Shown here piece by piece: positions 28,587 to 39,942 of a DNA stretch of 51,563 nucleotides. Under the pieces are notes generated by a model, which saw only the letters and a list, made by a program, of their open reading frames with translations, had not been told where the DNA came from and ran no database searches. The stretch's first letter is position 1, and each line of letters starts with the position of its first letter. The translations under genes and the position numbers were made by a program. Source of the stretch: Oligoflexales bacterium (GTDB taxonomy: Bacteria; Bdellovibrionota_B; Oligoflexia; Oligoflexales; RGVZ01); contig CANJQY010000003.1 in NCBI GenBank assembly GCA_947476525.1, positions 1 to 51,563 on the forward strand, given 5' to 3'.

Positions 28587-30065
28587 TTAAAGATCAGTTT
28601 TATAATTTGGAGCCTCTCGCGTGATGTACACATCGTGCACATGGCTTTCGCGTAACGCAGCATTCGTGATCCGCATGAATTCTGTTTTTGATTGTAAATC
28701 ACTAACGGTCCGTGATCCCGTATATCCCATGGCACTTCTGATACCCCCGACAAGCTGGTATATTTGTTGTGACAAGGGGCCTTTGTAAGCCACTCGGCCC
28801 TCAATACCCTCGGGTACAAACTTTCCTTGCTCGTCGATTTCTGACTGAAAATAGCGGTCTTTGGACCCTTGTGTCATTGCTCCAAGGCTGCCCATTCCTC
28901 GGTATGTTTTATAAGTTTTACCCTGATAAATAATAATATCTCCGGGGGACTCGTCAGTTCCTGCGAACAAGCTGCCGATCATCACAGATCCTGCCCCAGC
29001 AGCGAGTGCTTTGACAATGTCGCCGGAAAATTTGATGCCACCGTCCGCAATCACGGGAATTTTTTTTGTTTTGCCGGCTGCTGCACAATCCATGACTGCG
29101 GTGAACTGTGGCACCCCAATACCTGCAACAATTCGCGTCGTGCAAATGGATCCAGGGCCGATTCCTACTTTGACGGCGTCAACCCCACAGTCGATCAATG
29201 CCAAAGTGGCTGAGGCCGTGGCCACATTTCCAGCAATTAATTGAAAGCCATATTTTTTTTGAAACGATGTTTTGACGCGGCGTACGGTGTCTAAAACGCC
29301 TTGGCTGTGACCGTGGGCGGTATCAATAACCAGTACATCCACCCCACATTCTAAAAGTGCGGTGGCTCGTTCCATAACGTCTCCCCCTGCACCCAGAGCG
29401 GCACCCACCAGGAGTCTGCCACTGGAATCTTTGGAGGCGTGCGGATGCTCCTGCTGCTTCAAAATATCTTTAATGGTAAACATCCCTGCCAGAGTTTTGC
29501 CATCTGCGGCGAGCACAGGTAGTTTTTCAATTCTATGCTTATGCATAATGTCGACGGCTTCCCCTGGTGACGTGCCGAGGGGGGTGGTCACGATTTTTGC
29601 GGTCATGACTTCGTGGACAGGCCGCTTTGTGTTTCGCTCAAACCGAATATCTCGCCCTGTAACAACGCCAACTAATTTTCCATTGTCCACGACCGGAAAG
29701 CCACTGAACCGAAATTTTTGCATGATGGCGATGACATCACCCACAGTGTCACTAGGCTTAACACATACAGGATCGGTGACCATGCCGCTTTCGCTTTTTT
29801 TGACCTTTCGCACCTCCATCGCTTGAGCTTCGATGGACATGTTTTTATGGATAATGCCAATTCCCCCAGCCTGAGCCATGGAGATGGCAGTGGTCGATTC
29901 GGTTACGGTATCCATAGCAGCCGAAACTAGTGGTACTTTAAGATGAATTTCACGAGTAAACTGCGAACCCAAATCGGTTTCGTGGGGTAAGACCGTTGAG
30001 TGCTGAGGCACGATCAAAATATCGTCGTAAGCAAATCCGTCGCGGAAGGTGCGTTCATTTCCCAT
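28587..30065 (-). CDS. guaB: IMP dehydrogenase
   Basis: [12 protein letters not shown] pair, [26 protein letters not shown]. Confidence 0.99.
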   Translation of the reverse strand: MGNERTFRDGFAYDDILIVPQHSTVLPHETDLGSQFTREIHLKVPLVSAAMDTVTESTTAISMAQAGGIGIIHKNMSIEAQAMEVRKVKKSESGMVTDPVCVKPSDTVGDVIAIMQKFRFSGFPVVDNGKLVGVVTGRDIRFERNTKRPVHEVMTAKIVTTPLGTSPGEAVDIMHKHRIEKLPVLAADGKTLAGMFTIKDILKQQEHPHASKDSSGRLLVGAALGAGGDVMERATALLECGVDVLVIDTAHGHSQGVLDTVRRVKTSFQKKYGFQLIAGNVATASATLALIDCGVDAVKVGIGPGSICTTRIVAGIGVPQFTAVMDCAAAGKTKKIPVIADGGIKFSGDIVKALAAGAGSVMIGSLFAGTDESPGDIIIYQGKTYKTYRGMGSLGAMTQGSKDRYFQSEIDEQGKFVPEGIEGRVAYKGPLSQQIYQLVGGIRSAMGYTGSRTVSDLQSKTEFMRITNAALRESHVHDVYITREAPNYKTDL

Positions 30066-30324
30066 AAGCTCTCCATAAAGTAAATTTTGGAACATTAAAG
30101 AACAAATTGAAGAACAAATTGAGAAACACTTAGTCTAAATTGGTGCGCTCATTGATTTTAGACCACTTTTGCTTTGCGTCAACTATCCATTTTTAAAAAC
30201 TTGATGAAGGGGACTTACCTGCGAGGCAGCGGAATGGTAGACTACCGCCAAAGTTTGTTATAAACTTCTGGCCTAAGTGGGTCACTGAGGGCGTTACACA
30301 GCCCAAAATTCAAAGAGGTCAACC

Positions 30325-31305
30325 TTGCGTCTGTTGTTAATTTGTCTCGATAATATTGGCGACCTGGTTTTTACGTCGAGTCTCGTGATGCCCCTAAAGG
30401 CAAAATACCCTGATGCAAAATGGACCATATTGTGCAAAGACTATGCGTCTGACGTCGCTCGAAGCTTCGATATTGATGCCGACGTTGTGGCAGCAGATCC
30501 TTGGTGGATGAAATCTCCGGGGAGGACTGCTGGTAGCATGTCTGCCCTACTGAAGGCCGTACGTTACTGTCGAGCCCAAAGACCGGAGATAACGATTGTT
30601 ACATCTGTTAACTGGCGAGCTGCTGTCGTAGCTTGTTTGGTCGGATCGCCTATACGAGTGGGATTCCATCGCCTTAAATCGTGGATCTTCCTGACACATA
30701 GAGTTTTAGTACATAACTGGTCGCAAACACCACTGCCCACTGCGCTTTCACAATTGTTGCCGGCGTGTGGAGTGATGATCAATTCTAGTTGTCCGCCCCC
30801 ACTTTCCATCAAGATAAAGCATGTTCCGGTTCTGGCAAAGCCTCTTCCAAGTCAAGAGTTCATAGTCTTGCATCCATTTGCAGGTAGTCTTTCCAGGTGT
30901 TGGCCGCTTGCGCAATGGGGGATCCTGGCTCAGGAAATTCGCTCACGCGGGCTGGTTGTTATGTGGATGGGACGTGAAGATGAGGCTGGCAAGATATTAG
31001 ATGAGATCCCAGAGTCAGCTCAAGATGGATGGATGTACCAAATGAACCAAGGGCAACTCGGCTGTAGTTTGTACATCACCTCCAAGGCCAAAGGCATGAT
31101 CGGCAACGATTCTGGCCCAATTCACTTTGCTGCGGCTTTGGATGTGCCAGTTCTAGGTTTCTACCTTCCAAGCCTTTATCCAAGTACGGTTTCAAGTGGT
31201 CAAGCTCCCCGTTATTTACTCCACCGGCCGTCTCCTGCGGATCTCAAAATGGAGGACGTATTGGTAGAAGTAAAAAAGTTACTTGGCCCGAATTCTACTG
31301 CCTAA
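30325..31305 (+). CDS. Glycosyltransferase family 9
   Basis: LDNIGDLVF, LHPFAG...RCWP, IGNDSGPIHFAAALDVP. Confidence 0.9.
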   Translation: MRLLLICLDNIGDLVFTSSLVMPLKAKYPDAKWTILCKDYASDVARSFDIDADVVAADPWWMKSPGRTAGSMSALLKAVRYCRAQRPEITIVTSVNWRAAVVACLVGSPIRVGFHRLKSWIFLTHRVLVHNWSQTPLPTALSQLLPACGVMINSSCPPPLSIKIKHVPVLAKPLPSQEFIVLHPFAGSLSRCWPLAQWGILAQEIRSRGLVVMWMGREDEAGKILDEIPESAQDGWMYQMNQGQLGCSLYITSKAKGMIGNDSGPIHFAAALDVPVLGFYLPSLYPSTVSSGQAPRYLLHRPSPADLKMEDVLVEVKKLLGPNSTA

Positions 31306-31430
31306 AAAGCTTTGGGCAATAATGTCAGATGACTAGCGAATACAGGCTCCTACATGATAAAATATATGTACTGTGAAATGGGGAAGTCCTTCACATGTTT
31401 TTTTGGGAATATATCTGTCCAGGAGCCTTT

Positions 31431-33623
31431 GTGCATTTAGGAAAGTTCTTAAACAAAACTGTCGCAACGCTGGTCATTTTTGAGCATGATTTGATCCGCA
31501 GCATGATGCAAGATGTTTTGCGAAAAAATGGCTTTAATGCGCGCGGCGCAAAGAATTCAAAAGACGCGATTTCTTTTATCGAGGCTGAAAAATTCGACTG
31601 GATTATCATGCCATACTTCCCAAATGAGCGCCTGACGGCAATGCATATTTTGGGGCTTGGGATTCGTAATCCACATTGGCGTTCGATTCGCATGTCTCTG
31701 TTAGTTGGTGAACGGGCAGGTGACTGTAGTGATGCTGATATTGCAGATGCGATGAAATACGGTTGCTTAAGCTATATGAGGGGGCCGTTCACTCAAGAAT
31801 CATTTGATCGAGATATCAAACAACTTAAGGAAAGAATGTTGGCTCACGGATTTTTATCAGATTTGGTTTCAGCAACCTATTTGAGGAGTATTGCCATTGA
31901 TTTACCGTTAAAAGAAGCGATCACAAAAATGGAAGCGGCGATAGTGAATCTATACCCTGGGGATTTTTCGATTTTGATGGAATCGGCAGAGTCCTGCCGA
32001 AATGTCGGATCTTTTGAGGAAGCCCTTATTTTATGCAGTCAGGCACGCTTGCTGGAAGATCCAAAAACAACTGTGGCCGAAAAAAAATACAATGACGTAC
32101 TGGACGACATCAAAAAGTCAGGGGTCGAACTCGGCCGAGTTTTGACGTCGAAAGATATCCTGGGATTTGACAACGCGGTCATTATAGATAGCGATACTAC
32201 CGTTTCTGGAATGATCTCTCGCTCGTTAAAAGCAGTTGGCGTGGCGGAAATTAATATTTTCAGTGATGGCCAAGAATTCATGGATTGGCTTGGGGACAAT
32301 GAGCCTGATGTCATCATCATGGAATGGCGTATACAGAAAGTTTCGGCGGCCAAAATTCTGCAGAGAGTGTCGGCTAGACCCAATAAAAATCCTCCGCAGT
32401 TTGTGGTGGTTAGTTCTTCCATTGCGCAAGCCGATTTACCGATGTTAAAAGAGTTTGGTGTAGGTTCCGTGGTGGAGAAGCCTTTTGGTAAACTTGCACT
32501 TATGAGTGCTTTACTTAAGACTCATGCGGGTAACCTGCAGAAGTCGGGAGTTTACTTTGAACAGCGAATTCGCGCATTTATTCGCGCAAAGAAATATCAA
32601 AAAGCGCTAGAGCTTTCAAAAGATTTTTTTGCCGACGCTCAGGTTGGCAAGGGACGTAAACTTTTGGTCCAGTCTGATTTTTTGCTAGCTTCAAAAAATT
32701 ATTCAACCGCGAGAACAACCTGCCTAAAAGGCATGTCGTTGCCTCACGATCCTATTTACGGACTTCAGATCTTGGGCAAAGTATTTATGGCCGAGCGCAA
32801 CTTTCCGGCTGCGATGAAGTGTTTCGATCGAGTCCAAACTCTCGCACCTGTGAACGTGGAACGAATTTGCTTGATGGCAATGGCCGAAGCAGAGCAAGGG
32901 AACCCAGAATCCTCAGGTAAATTGATGGATACTGTTAAAGAAATGGATTCAAAACATGAAATGGTGCTTGAGACTAGTGTCACGGTGGCCTTGGTGCAAG
33001 GGGACGTCGTCGGCGCAAAAAAAGCCGTGGGAGACCTACCCAACATTATGGGGGTCGTGGCCAACCAAAACAATCGCGCGGTTGCGATGGTGAAATCTGG
33101 TAGCCTTGAAAAATCAATTGATATTTATGAAAAAACTCTCGAAATATTGCCTGAAAAATCCCGCGATGCCCATGACATTGTTGTTTGGAATTTGGCCTTA
33201 GCCTATATCAAAGCTGGGAATTTGGAGAAGGCTGATTTGATCCTGCTGAAAGTCAGTGATGGCAAGCCTAGCCGTATTTCGCGCAAAGCCGTCGAATTGC
33301 GTAAAAGAATCGCTACAGCAGCTTCGACGGGTGTTCCATTGGCATTGAAAACCGATGATCCTGAGGCGAGCAACAGAGCCATGAGTCTTCTCGGCACAAG
33401 TAGCTTGGCCGCCAGCGGGTCTCGAGCTGAGGACGAGGACTTATTATCTAAAATGTCCTCGGACAACATCAGCGTGCTGTCGTTGGTTGATTTTAAGCCT
33501 GGGGATTTAGGATGTTTTCAGTTGATGCCAAATACGGAAGAGTCCAAAGACAATCTAGCGGAAATTCTCAACTCCTTGCCGACGATCAAAACCAGGTGGA
33601 AGATTGCGGTGCCGCCTAAGTGA
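31431..33623 (+). CDS. Response regulator-like protein: two atypical receiver domains plus TPR repeats
   Basis: REC-like IIDSD...PDVIIMEW...VVEKPF and an N-terminal REC-like unit; TPR-like NNRAVAMVKSG.LEKSI..YEK.L; AGGAG RBS before GTG. Confidence 0.8.
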   Translation: MHLGKFLNKTVATLVIFEHDLIRSMMQDVLRKNGFNARGAKNSKDAISFIEAEKFDWIIMPYFPNERLTAMHILGLGIRNPHWRSIRMSLLVGERAGDCSDADIADAMKYGCLSYMRGPFTQESFDRDIKQLKERMLAHGFLSDLVSATYLRSIAIDLPLKEAITKMEAAIVNLYPGDFSILMESAESCRNVGSFEEALILCSQARLLEDPKTTVAEKKYNDVLDDIKKSGVELGRVLTSKDILGFDNAVIIDSDTTVSGMISRSLKAVGVAEINIFSDGQEFMDWLGDNEPDVIIMEWRIQKVSAAKILQRVSARPNKNPPQFVVVSSSIAQADLPMLKEFGVGSVVEKPFGKLALMSALLKTHAGNLQKSGVYFEQRIRAFIRAKKYQKALELSKDFFADAQVGKGRKLLVQSDFLLASKNYSTARTTCLKGMSLPHDPIYGLQILGKVFMAERNFPAAMKCFDRVQTLAPVNVERICLMAMAEAEQGNPESSGKLMDTVKEMDSKHEMVLETSVTVALVQGDVVGAKKAVGDLPNIMGVVANQNNRAVAMVKSGSLEKSIDIYEKTLEILPEKSRDAHDIVVWNLALAYIKAGNLEKADLILLKVSDGKPSRISRKAVELRKRIATAASTGVPLALKTDDPEASNRAMSLLGTSSLAASGSRAEDEDLLSKMSSDNISVLSLVDFKPGDLGCFQLMPNTEESKDNLAEILNSLPTIKTRWKIAVPPK

Positions 33624-33656
33624 ATTGAACAACATTCTCCTGATTGAACCTATATC

Positions 33657-35204
33657 TTAGTAATTTTTTGCAAAAATGACTCGCACGTTTGTTTGTCGAC
33701 CAGTGAATAGACATTTGCCGGCAGGGGCATTGTCGTTCAGGGGAATACATCGGGCAGAAACTTTTAGGGAGGCAAGTTTGTCGTTAATTTCTTTGGCGGC
33801 GTCGGCTTCTGGAGACCAGTAGGCCACGGCAAAACCACCATGAATTTCAGGTTTTTCTTCATTTTTTGGGGTAAACCATTTTGCAAATTCTGAAAAATCA
33901 GTGAAGGTTTTTGTTTTAGATTCGCGAAGGGCTAAGGCGCGGTCAAAAAGGTTTTTTTGGATGGTGTCCAGAACCGTTGTGATAGTGGAGACGAAGTCAG
34001 TGCGAGTGACGGTTTTTTTCTCTTTGACACCCATGTCACGACGCGCCACAAAAAGACTGTCGGCAGCCATATCCCGAGGGCCGACTTCAGCGCGGATTGG
34101 CGTCCCTTTTTTGATGTGTTGCCAGGTTTTTTCGCCCCCACGCAAATGATCCCTTACGTCGAGTTCTACTCGTAGCCGTTCACCCATATAGGTTTGTGCC
34201 TCAAGTTCCTTTTTGACTTTTTTACAGTATTCAAGAACGGGACCTTTCTCCTCGTCATTGCGAAATATTGGCAGCAGCACCACGTGTTTAGGTGCTAGAC
34301 GCGGCGGTAATATCAAGCCATCGTCGTCGGAGTGAGTCATGATCAGACCGCCAATGAGACGTGTGGAGACTCCCCACGAAGTGGTCCATGCAAATTCTTC
34401 GGTGCCTTCTTTACTTTGGAATTTTATGCCTGATGATTTTGCAAATGTTTGACCTAGAAAATGGCTTGTGCCAGCTTGGAGAGCCTTACCGTCTTGCATC
34501 ATCGCTTCGATGGTGTAAGTGTTGACGGCTCCAGGAAATTTTTCGCCCGGAGTTTTTTCGCCTTTGATCACTGGCATGGCCATGTATTCGTGAGCAAACC
34601 ATTCGTAGACGTCCAACATTTGCATGGTTTCTTCGACGGCTTCTTGGGCATTTGCGTGAGCGGTATGCCCCTCTTGCCACAGAAATTCTGCGGTGCGTAG
34701 GAACATTCGCGTGCGCATTTCCCAGCGCATGACGTTGGCCCATTGATTGATGAGGATGGGAAGGTCTCGGTAACTTTGCACCCACTTCGCGTAGGACGCA
34801 CCGATAATGGTCTCTGATGTTGGACGAATGATTAAAGGCTCGTCTAGCTCACCGGCGGGTACTAACGTACCATTTGGACCCGGCTCCAGCCGGTGGTGGG
34901 TAACAATGGCGCATTCTTTGGCGAAGCCTTCAACGTGCTCCGCTTCCTTTTCAAAAAAGCTTTTAGGGATCAGCATTGGAAAATAGGCGTTTACGTGACC
35001 GGTGTCTTTAAATTTACGGTCTAAAACTTGCTGAATATTTTCCCATATGGCATAACCCCAAGGCTTAATCACGGGGCAGCCGCGAGTAGGGGAGTTCTCG
35101 GCGAGATCTCCAGCTTTTATAACTTGCTGATACCACTCAGGATAATCGTCAAATCGGGTTGGCGTGATGGCTGTTTGTGGGGCTTTTGTCTGAGGTTGAT
35201 TCAT
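33657..35204 (-). CDS. proS: Proline--tRNA ligase (archaeal/eukaryote-like type)
   Basis: RPTSET, QWANVMRWEMRTR.FLRT.EFLWQEGHT, LQAGTSHFLGQ, SWGVSTRLIG, C-terminal FAKNY. Confidence 0.98.
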   Translation of the reverse strand: MNQPQTKAPQTAITPTRFDDYPEWYQQVIKAGDLAENSPTRGCPVIKPWGYAIWENIQQVLDRKFKDTGHVNAYFPMLIPKSFFEKEAEHVEGFAKECAIVTHHRLEPGPNGTLVPAGELDEPLIIRPTSETIIGASYAKWVQSYRDLPILINQWANVMRWEMRTRMFLRTAEFLWQEGHTAHANAQEAVEETMQMLDVYEWFAHEYMAMPVIKGEKTPGEKFPGAVNTYTIEAMMQDGKALQAGTSHFLGQTFAKSSGIKFQSKEGTEEFAWTTSWGVSTRLIGGLIMTHSDDDGLILPPRLAPKHVVLLPIFRNDEEKGPVLEYCKKVKKELEAQTYMGERLRVELDVRDHLRGGEKTWQHIKKGTPIRAEVGPRDMAADSLFVARRDMGVKEKKTVTRTDFVSTITTVLDTIQKNLFDRALALRESKTKTFTDFSEFAKWFTPKNEEKPEIHGGFAVAYWSPEADAAKEINDKLASLKVSARCIPLNDNAPAGKCLFTGRQTNVRVIFAKNY

Positions 35205-35382
35205 AAATTTTGGCTCCAAAAATGGGCATCATCGTCACGAAAGTACGTGACTTAAGTGAATAGGATCGAGGTCAAGGGACACTCAGTGAGGGCATGATGT
35301 TACAAGGAATACGCCAGCAAGCAAAGCTAATAAATTTTTTGCGGCAATTTGGTCGTTTTTTTGTCAATCTCTTGGAGAACAA

Positions 35383-35418
35383 TTAGATGATAAGTTAGAT
35401 AATAAGTTAGATAATAAG
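35383..35418 (+). repeat. 12-bp tandem repeat x3 (TTAGATRATAAG)
   Basis: Three copies in the proS/ade divergent intergenic region. Confidence 0.85.
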
Positions 35419-35473
35419 GGGCGTTCATAATTGGACTAGATGGTTGTTCACAATCATGACGAAACGGAGACCT

Positions 35474-37315
35474 ATGATTTCAAAAGCAAGTATTCATGAA
35501 TCCGAGCAGACAGTCGCGCGATTGCAACACAGGATTAGTGTGGCGCGAGGTGACCAGCCTGCGAGCCTTGTCATCCGTAATACCCAGTGGCTAGACGTTT
35601 TTTCTGGTGCGTGGCAATCGGGAGATGTGGCGATTTTTGATGGCGTGATAATTGGAGTTGCCGATTCATACGAAGGGGCCGAAGTGATTGACGGCGAAGG
35701 TGGGTTGCTGGTTCCTGGATTTATCGATGCCCACGTGCACGTCGAGAGCTCAATGATGACTCCCAAACAATTTCTTCGAGCCGTATTGCCTCGCGGCACA
35801 ACGTCAGTTATTTGGGACCCGCACGAAATTGCCAATGTTAAGGGTGTGCGAGGCATCCAGTGGGCCTTAGATTCGACGGAGGCCTTACCGCTAGGTTTTT
35901 TTGTGATGGTGCCAAGCTGTGTTCCCTCGACCAGTGCTCCGATGCAACTAGAGTCCAGTGGCGCAGAACTTTCCGCCGCTGATATTCAACATTTTGCCAA
36001 ACATCCTCGGGTGCTTGGATTGGCTGAAATGATGAATTGGCCTGGGCTGGTTGGAGGTGATCTTGAGGTCATGGAAAAATTGGTTGCATTTCAGGACAAA
36101 AAACGCGATGGGCATTGCCCAGGACTTTCCGGAAAACTCCTTAACGCGTATGGTGTTGCGGGAATTCACTCGTGCCACGAATCGACCAGTATGGCCGAGG
36201 CTCGCGAAAAATTAATGAAGGGCATTCACGTTTTAATTCGTGAGGGAAGTTGCGCCAAGGATGCCGACGAATTACTGCCGATCTTGGATGCTTGGACGTC
36301 AGCGACGGTGGGACTTTGCAGTGACGACAGAAATCCTTTAGACATTGAAGAAGCGGGACACCTCGACTGTATTATTAATAAGGGTTTGATTTCAGGAATT
36401 GACCCAGTTGCAGTTTTCCGTGCGGCTTCTTTTTCCGTAGCAAAAATGTACGGACTTGAAGATCGGGGAGCGATTGCACCCGGGTACCAGGCAGATTTGG
36501 TGCTGGTCAGGCCGGTGGCGAGCAAGAGGGCTAACGGTATGGAAGTTGATTTTAGTCAGGGGATTAAGGTCTCAAACGTTTGGCGTGGGGGAATCTCGGA
36601 AGCAAAGCTTCTGGGAGAGTTGTTCGGTAGTGAGTCGCCGTCCACGAATTCAAATGCTAGTGATCCGTTTTTTGGCGAAAAAAATTTACATATAAAGTCA
36701 AAGATTATTTTGCCGTCCGACTTCAAGATTTCCGCAAATGGAGACGGAGCCATCAAAGCCCGGGTTATTGGAGTGCGGCGAGGGCAAATTGTGACCGAGG
36801 CTTTGGTGCATGATGTTGTGGCAAAAAATGGCCAGATTATGGCCGATTCAGCAAAGGGTCTCAATAAAATTTCTGTCATTGAACGTCATCATAAAACTGG
36901 CCGAATGGCTACAGGACTCGTTTTTGGTCTCGACCTAAAATCAGGAGCCATCGCCACGTCCATCAACCACGATTGCCATAACGTGATAGTAACTGGGTCT
37001 AGTGATGAATACATGGCCGAGGCGGTGGCACAACTTCGCAAGATTGACGGTGGTATCGTGGTCGTGGGCGAGGGTGGTGTTAGCTGCATGATGCCGCTTT
37101 CGATTGGTGGCCTTATGACCAACGAATCACCGGAAATTGTCGCCAACAAGCTGAGGGAATTGAAAAAACTGGCAAAAAAAATTGGTTGTCAGCTAGAAGA
37201 GCCATTTTTGCAGATATCATTTTTGGCGTTGCCCGTGATTCCAAAATTGAAAATTACCGACCGAGGGCTAGTTGACGGTTCCAAATTTGAGATCGTCACG
37301 GTAGAATTAGTGTAA
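35474..37315 (+). CDS. ade: Adenine deaminase
   Basis: PGFIDAHVHVESS, DPHEIANV, GLAEMMN, DGHCP, CHE, IREGS, SDD, HDCHN, LALPVIP.LKITDRGL. Confidence 0.97.
   Translation: MISKASIHESEQTVARLQHRISVARGDQPASLVIRNTQWLDVFSGAWQSGDVAIFDGVIIGVADSYEGAEVIDGEGGLLVPGFIDAHVHVESSMMTPKQFLRAVLPRGTTSVIWDPHEIANVKGVRGIQWALDSTEALPLGFFVMVPSCVPSTSAPMQLESSGAELSAADIQHFAKHPRVLGLAEMMNWPGLVGGDLEVMEKLVAFQDKKRDGHCPGLSGKLLNAYGVAGIHSCHESTSMAEAREKLMKGIHVLIREGSCAKDADELLPILDAWTSATVGLCSDDRNPLDIEEAGHLDCIINKGLISGIDPVAVFRAASFSVAKMYGLEDRGAIAPGYQADLVLVRPVASKRANGMEVDFSQGIKVSNVWRGGISEAKLLGELFGSESPSTNSNASDPFFGEKNLHIKSKIILPSDFKISANGDGAIKARVIGVRRGQIVTEALVHDVVAKNGQIMADSAKGLNKISVIERHHKTGRMATGLVFGLDLKSGAIATSINHDCHNVIVTGSSDEYMAEAVAQLRKIDGGIVVVGEGGVSCMMPLSIGGLMTNESPEIVANKLRELKKLAKKIGCQLEEPFLQISFLALPVIPKLKITDRGLVDGSKFEIVTVELV
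37247..37315 (+). repeat. ade 3'-end direct repeat, copy 1
   Basis: 67/69 identical to 39943-40011. Confidence 0.95.
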
Positions 37316-37486
37316 GCTGCTGCGCTGCCTCGAGGAAAAGATCTCCAAGGTCGTAACGGCTTATAAATACGTCCAAATATATAATTTTTACATTGTTCAC
37401 CTAGGCGGTGAAGATAACTCTGTTCTAATTTGATTTGATTTCTGACCGATATGTTTGAACATTTAAGGCCGCCGGCCGAATGATCA

Positions 37487-39871
37487 ATGTATTATTCACC
37501 CAAGGAAATCATGAACATGTCACACGCAAAAACACCCATGGATCTTCAAGCGATATGGAAACATTTTAAGAAGAGTATTCCCGTCCTCTTAATCTGTGCT
37601 TTTTTGAACGTGATCATGATTGGTTTTTTGTACGCACACTACACCGGGCGCCTTGGGGCAGCGGGTACCGTCCTTGTGACGTTAGAGAACAAACTTCTTG
37701 ACATGAGGTTTGTCAATCGAGGCCTACAAAAACCAAGTGGGAAAATTGGAATTTTAGCGATCGACGAGCGTTCCATTCAAAAATTTGGCCGTTGGCCGTT
37801 TACGCGTTCTATTTACGATAATGCCTTTATCAATCTGAAAAAAGCGGGAGTTGAATGGATTGGCTTTGACGTTCTCTGGGATTCACCGGAACGACCATTG
37901 CTTGCAGATGCCATGTCTGATATTTCCAAAATCCGAACCGGGGCAACGGACAAAATCCAGGCTTGGGAGCGTATTCAGTCGATGAAAACGGCTGGAGTTG
38001 CCGATCAATCCATTTTTAGGGTGATGAGCAACTTTGGCAAAATTGTGCAAGGCTTCGTGTATTACGGTGTCGAGGAAAAAGAGAGTATCGCATCTTTAAA
38101 AGGACATGAATTTCGGGCCTTGGACGCCATGCAAGGGTCCGTCATTTTTGCAGCGATCATGCCGGAAGGGTTTGACATTAAGAATTATCCAGAGTTATCC
38201 ATTGGTGCGGTGATTCGCAATAGCGACGCGATTGCTTCAAGTACTCCACACTTTGGATTTTTCAACAATGATCCAGACGACGATGGTGTCGTCCGGTGGG
38301 TGAATCTGGTTAAATCGGCCAATGGAAATCTTATGCCTTCTATGTCGCTCAAAATGGCGTCGGCCATGACAGGGCGAGACCTTGTCGTTGTTTTTGACAA
38401 GATTGGCGTCGAAGAAATCATGCTGTCAAATCCAGACAATGACAAGGACGTTATCAAGATTCCGGTTGATCCGCAGGGCCAAGGCAAAGCGCTTTTAAAT
38501 CACCTCGGACCTTCGCAAACACTTCGTCACATTTCCTTGGTCGATGCTTATGAGAATTCTTTTGCTCAAAAAGATTTGAAAGCCCTTAAAGGCATGAGCT
38601 TGATGATGGGACCTACCGCTATGGCCATCAACGACATGAGGGCCAATCCATTTGAGGCGACCTATAACGGAGTGGAGCATCACGCGAGCATGATCGATAA
38701 TATTGTCGGAAATAAATTCTTCAAACGTCCTGCCGATATCTATCGACTAGAGATGAAAGTGGTATTGGTGCTTGGGATTTTCTTTTCTATCATGTTGACC
38801 TACACCACGGCGCTATCTAGCGCTGTGGGCGTTGTGATTTTCTATGTCGGATACTTTTATATAGACCGTCTGATGTGGTTCAATAAAGGAATATGGGTGT
38901 ACATGGGAATGCCGTACATCCAAATTACCGGACTTTTTATGACAGTGACGCTGTACAAATATTTTACGGAAGAAAAAGAAAAAAAGAAGGTTAAAGGGGC
39001 TTTTCAACATTATTTATCGCCCGACGTCATGCAAAGTGTGTTGGACAATCCTGATAAATTGAAGCTCGGAGGAGAACGCCGAGAATGTACGGTGTTCTTT
39101 AGCGACGTCCGCGAATTTACGACAATATCCGAAGCTTTGCCGCCGGAGGATTTGGTGGAACTTATGAACGACTACCTCTCGCCGATGACAGAAATTATTC
39201 TGCGCAGTGGCGGTGTGTTAGATAAATACATTGGTGATGCGATTATGGCCTTTTGGGGGGCCCCCCTAGACCGCCTAGATCAGGCAGATGTTGCAGCGCG
39301 ATCAACCCTGCTAATGATGGAGAAGCTAGAAGAGCTTCGAAGAATATTCCCAACCAAAAATTTCCCAGTTATTGATATTGGGTGTGGTGTGAATACGGGG
39401 ATGATGTCAGTGGGAAACATGGGAAGCGCCGAGAGATTTGCTTATACGGTTATGGGGGACGCCGTCAACTTAGCAGCTCGCCTGGAATCCATTACGAAAG
39501 AGTACGGAGTGAGAATTATTTTCAGTGAATATTCAGTGGCCAAGTTTAAGGATAAAAATATTTATTTCTTACGAGATTTAGATGATATCGTGGTCAAGGG
39601 TAAAAGGGATCCGGTCAAGATTTATGAGCTTCTCCATCCAATGGTGATGCCTACCGAGGCTGGACTAAGGAACTTGCTCGGAGAATTTTCGGAAGCTCGT
39701 CAGGCTTATCGTGCCCAAGATTGGAAAAAAGTACGAACACACTTAGGCTCATGCCTGCTACTGAAACCAGACGATGGACCAACAATAAAATTATTTGAAC
39801 GAATTGAAAAAATGGAGACGTTGCCATTTATTCAAAACTGGGACGGGGTTCATGTATTTAAACACAAGTAA
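37487..39871 (+). CDS. CHASE2-domain class III adenylate/guanylate cyclase
   Basis: AIDERSI..FGRWP, D.DGVVR and GVE.HA (CHASE2); three TM helices; FSDVREFT, DKYIGDAIMAFWGAP, YTVMGDAVNLAARLE, VKGK. Confidence 0.95.
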   Translation: MYYSPKEIMNMSHAKTPMDLQAIWKHFKKSIPVLLICAFLNVIMIGFLYAHYTGRLGAAGTVLVTLENKLLDMRFVNRGLQKPSGKIGILAIDERSIQKFGRWPFTRSIYDNAFINLKKAGVEWIGFDVLWDSPERPLLADAMSDISKIRTGATDKIQAWERIQSMKTAGVADQSIFRVMSNFGKIVQGFVYYGVEEKESIASLKGHEFRALDAMQGSVIFAAIMPEGFDIKNYPELSIGAVIRNSDAIASSTPHFGFFNNDPDDDGVVRWVNLVKSANGNLMPSMSLKMASAMTGRDLVVVFDKIGVEEIMLSNPDNDKDVIKIPVDPQGQGKALLNHLGPSQTLRHISLVDAYENSFAQKDLKALKGMSLMMGPTAMAINDMRANPFEATYNGVEHHASMIDNIVGNKFFKRPADIYRLEMKVVLVLGIFFSIMLTYTTALSSAVGVVIFYVGYFYIDRLMWFNKGIWVYMGMPYIQITGLFMTVTLYKYFTEEKEKKKVKGAFQHYLSPDVMQSVLDNPDKLKLGGERRECTVFFSDVREFTTISEALPPEDLVELMNDYLSPMTEIILRSGGVLDKYIGDAIMAFWGAPLDRLDQADVAARSTLLMMEKLEELRRIFPTKNFPVIDIGCGVNTGMMSVGNMGSAERFAYTVMGDAVNLAARLESITKEYGVRIIFSEYSVAKFKDKNIYFLRDLDDIVVKGKRDPVKIYELLHPMVMPTEAGLRNLLGEFSEARQAYRAQDWKKVRTHLGSCLLLKPDDGPTIKLFERIEKMETLPFIQNWDGVHVFKHK

Positions 39872-39942
39872 ACAGATTCCACTGAATATGGTCGAAATCA
39901 AGGCGCCAGAATGGTAAATTGGCGTCGACTGGGATTCCTAAC

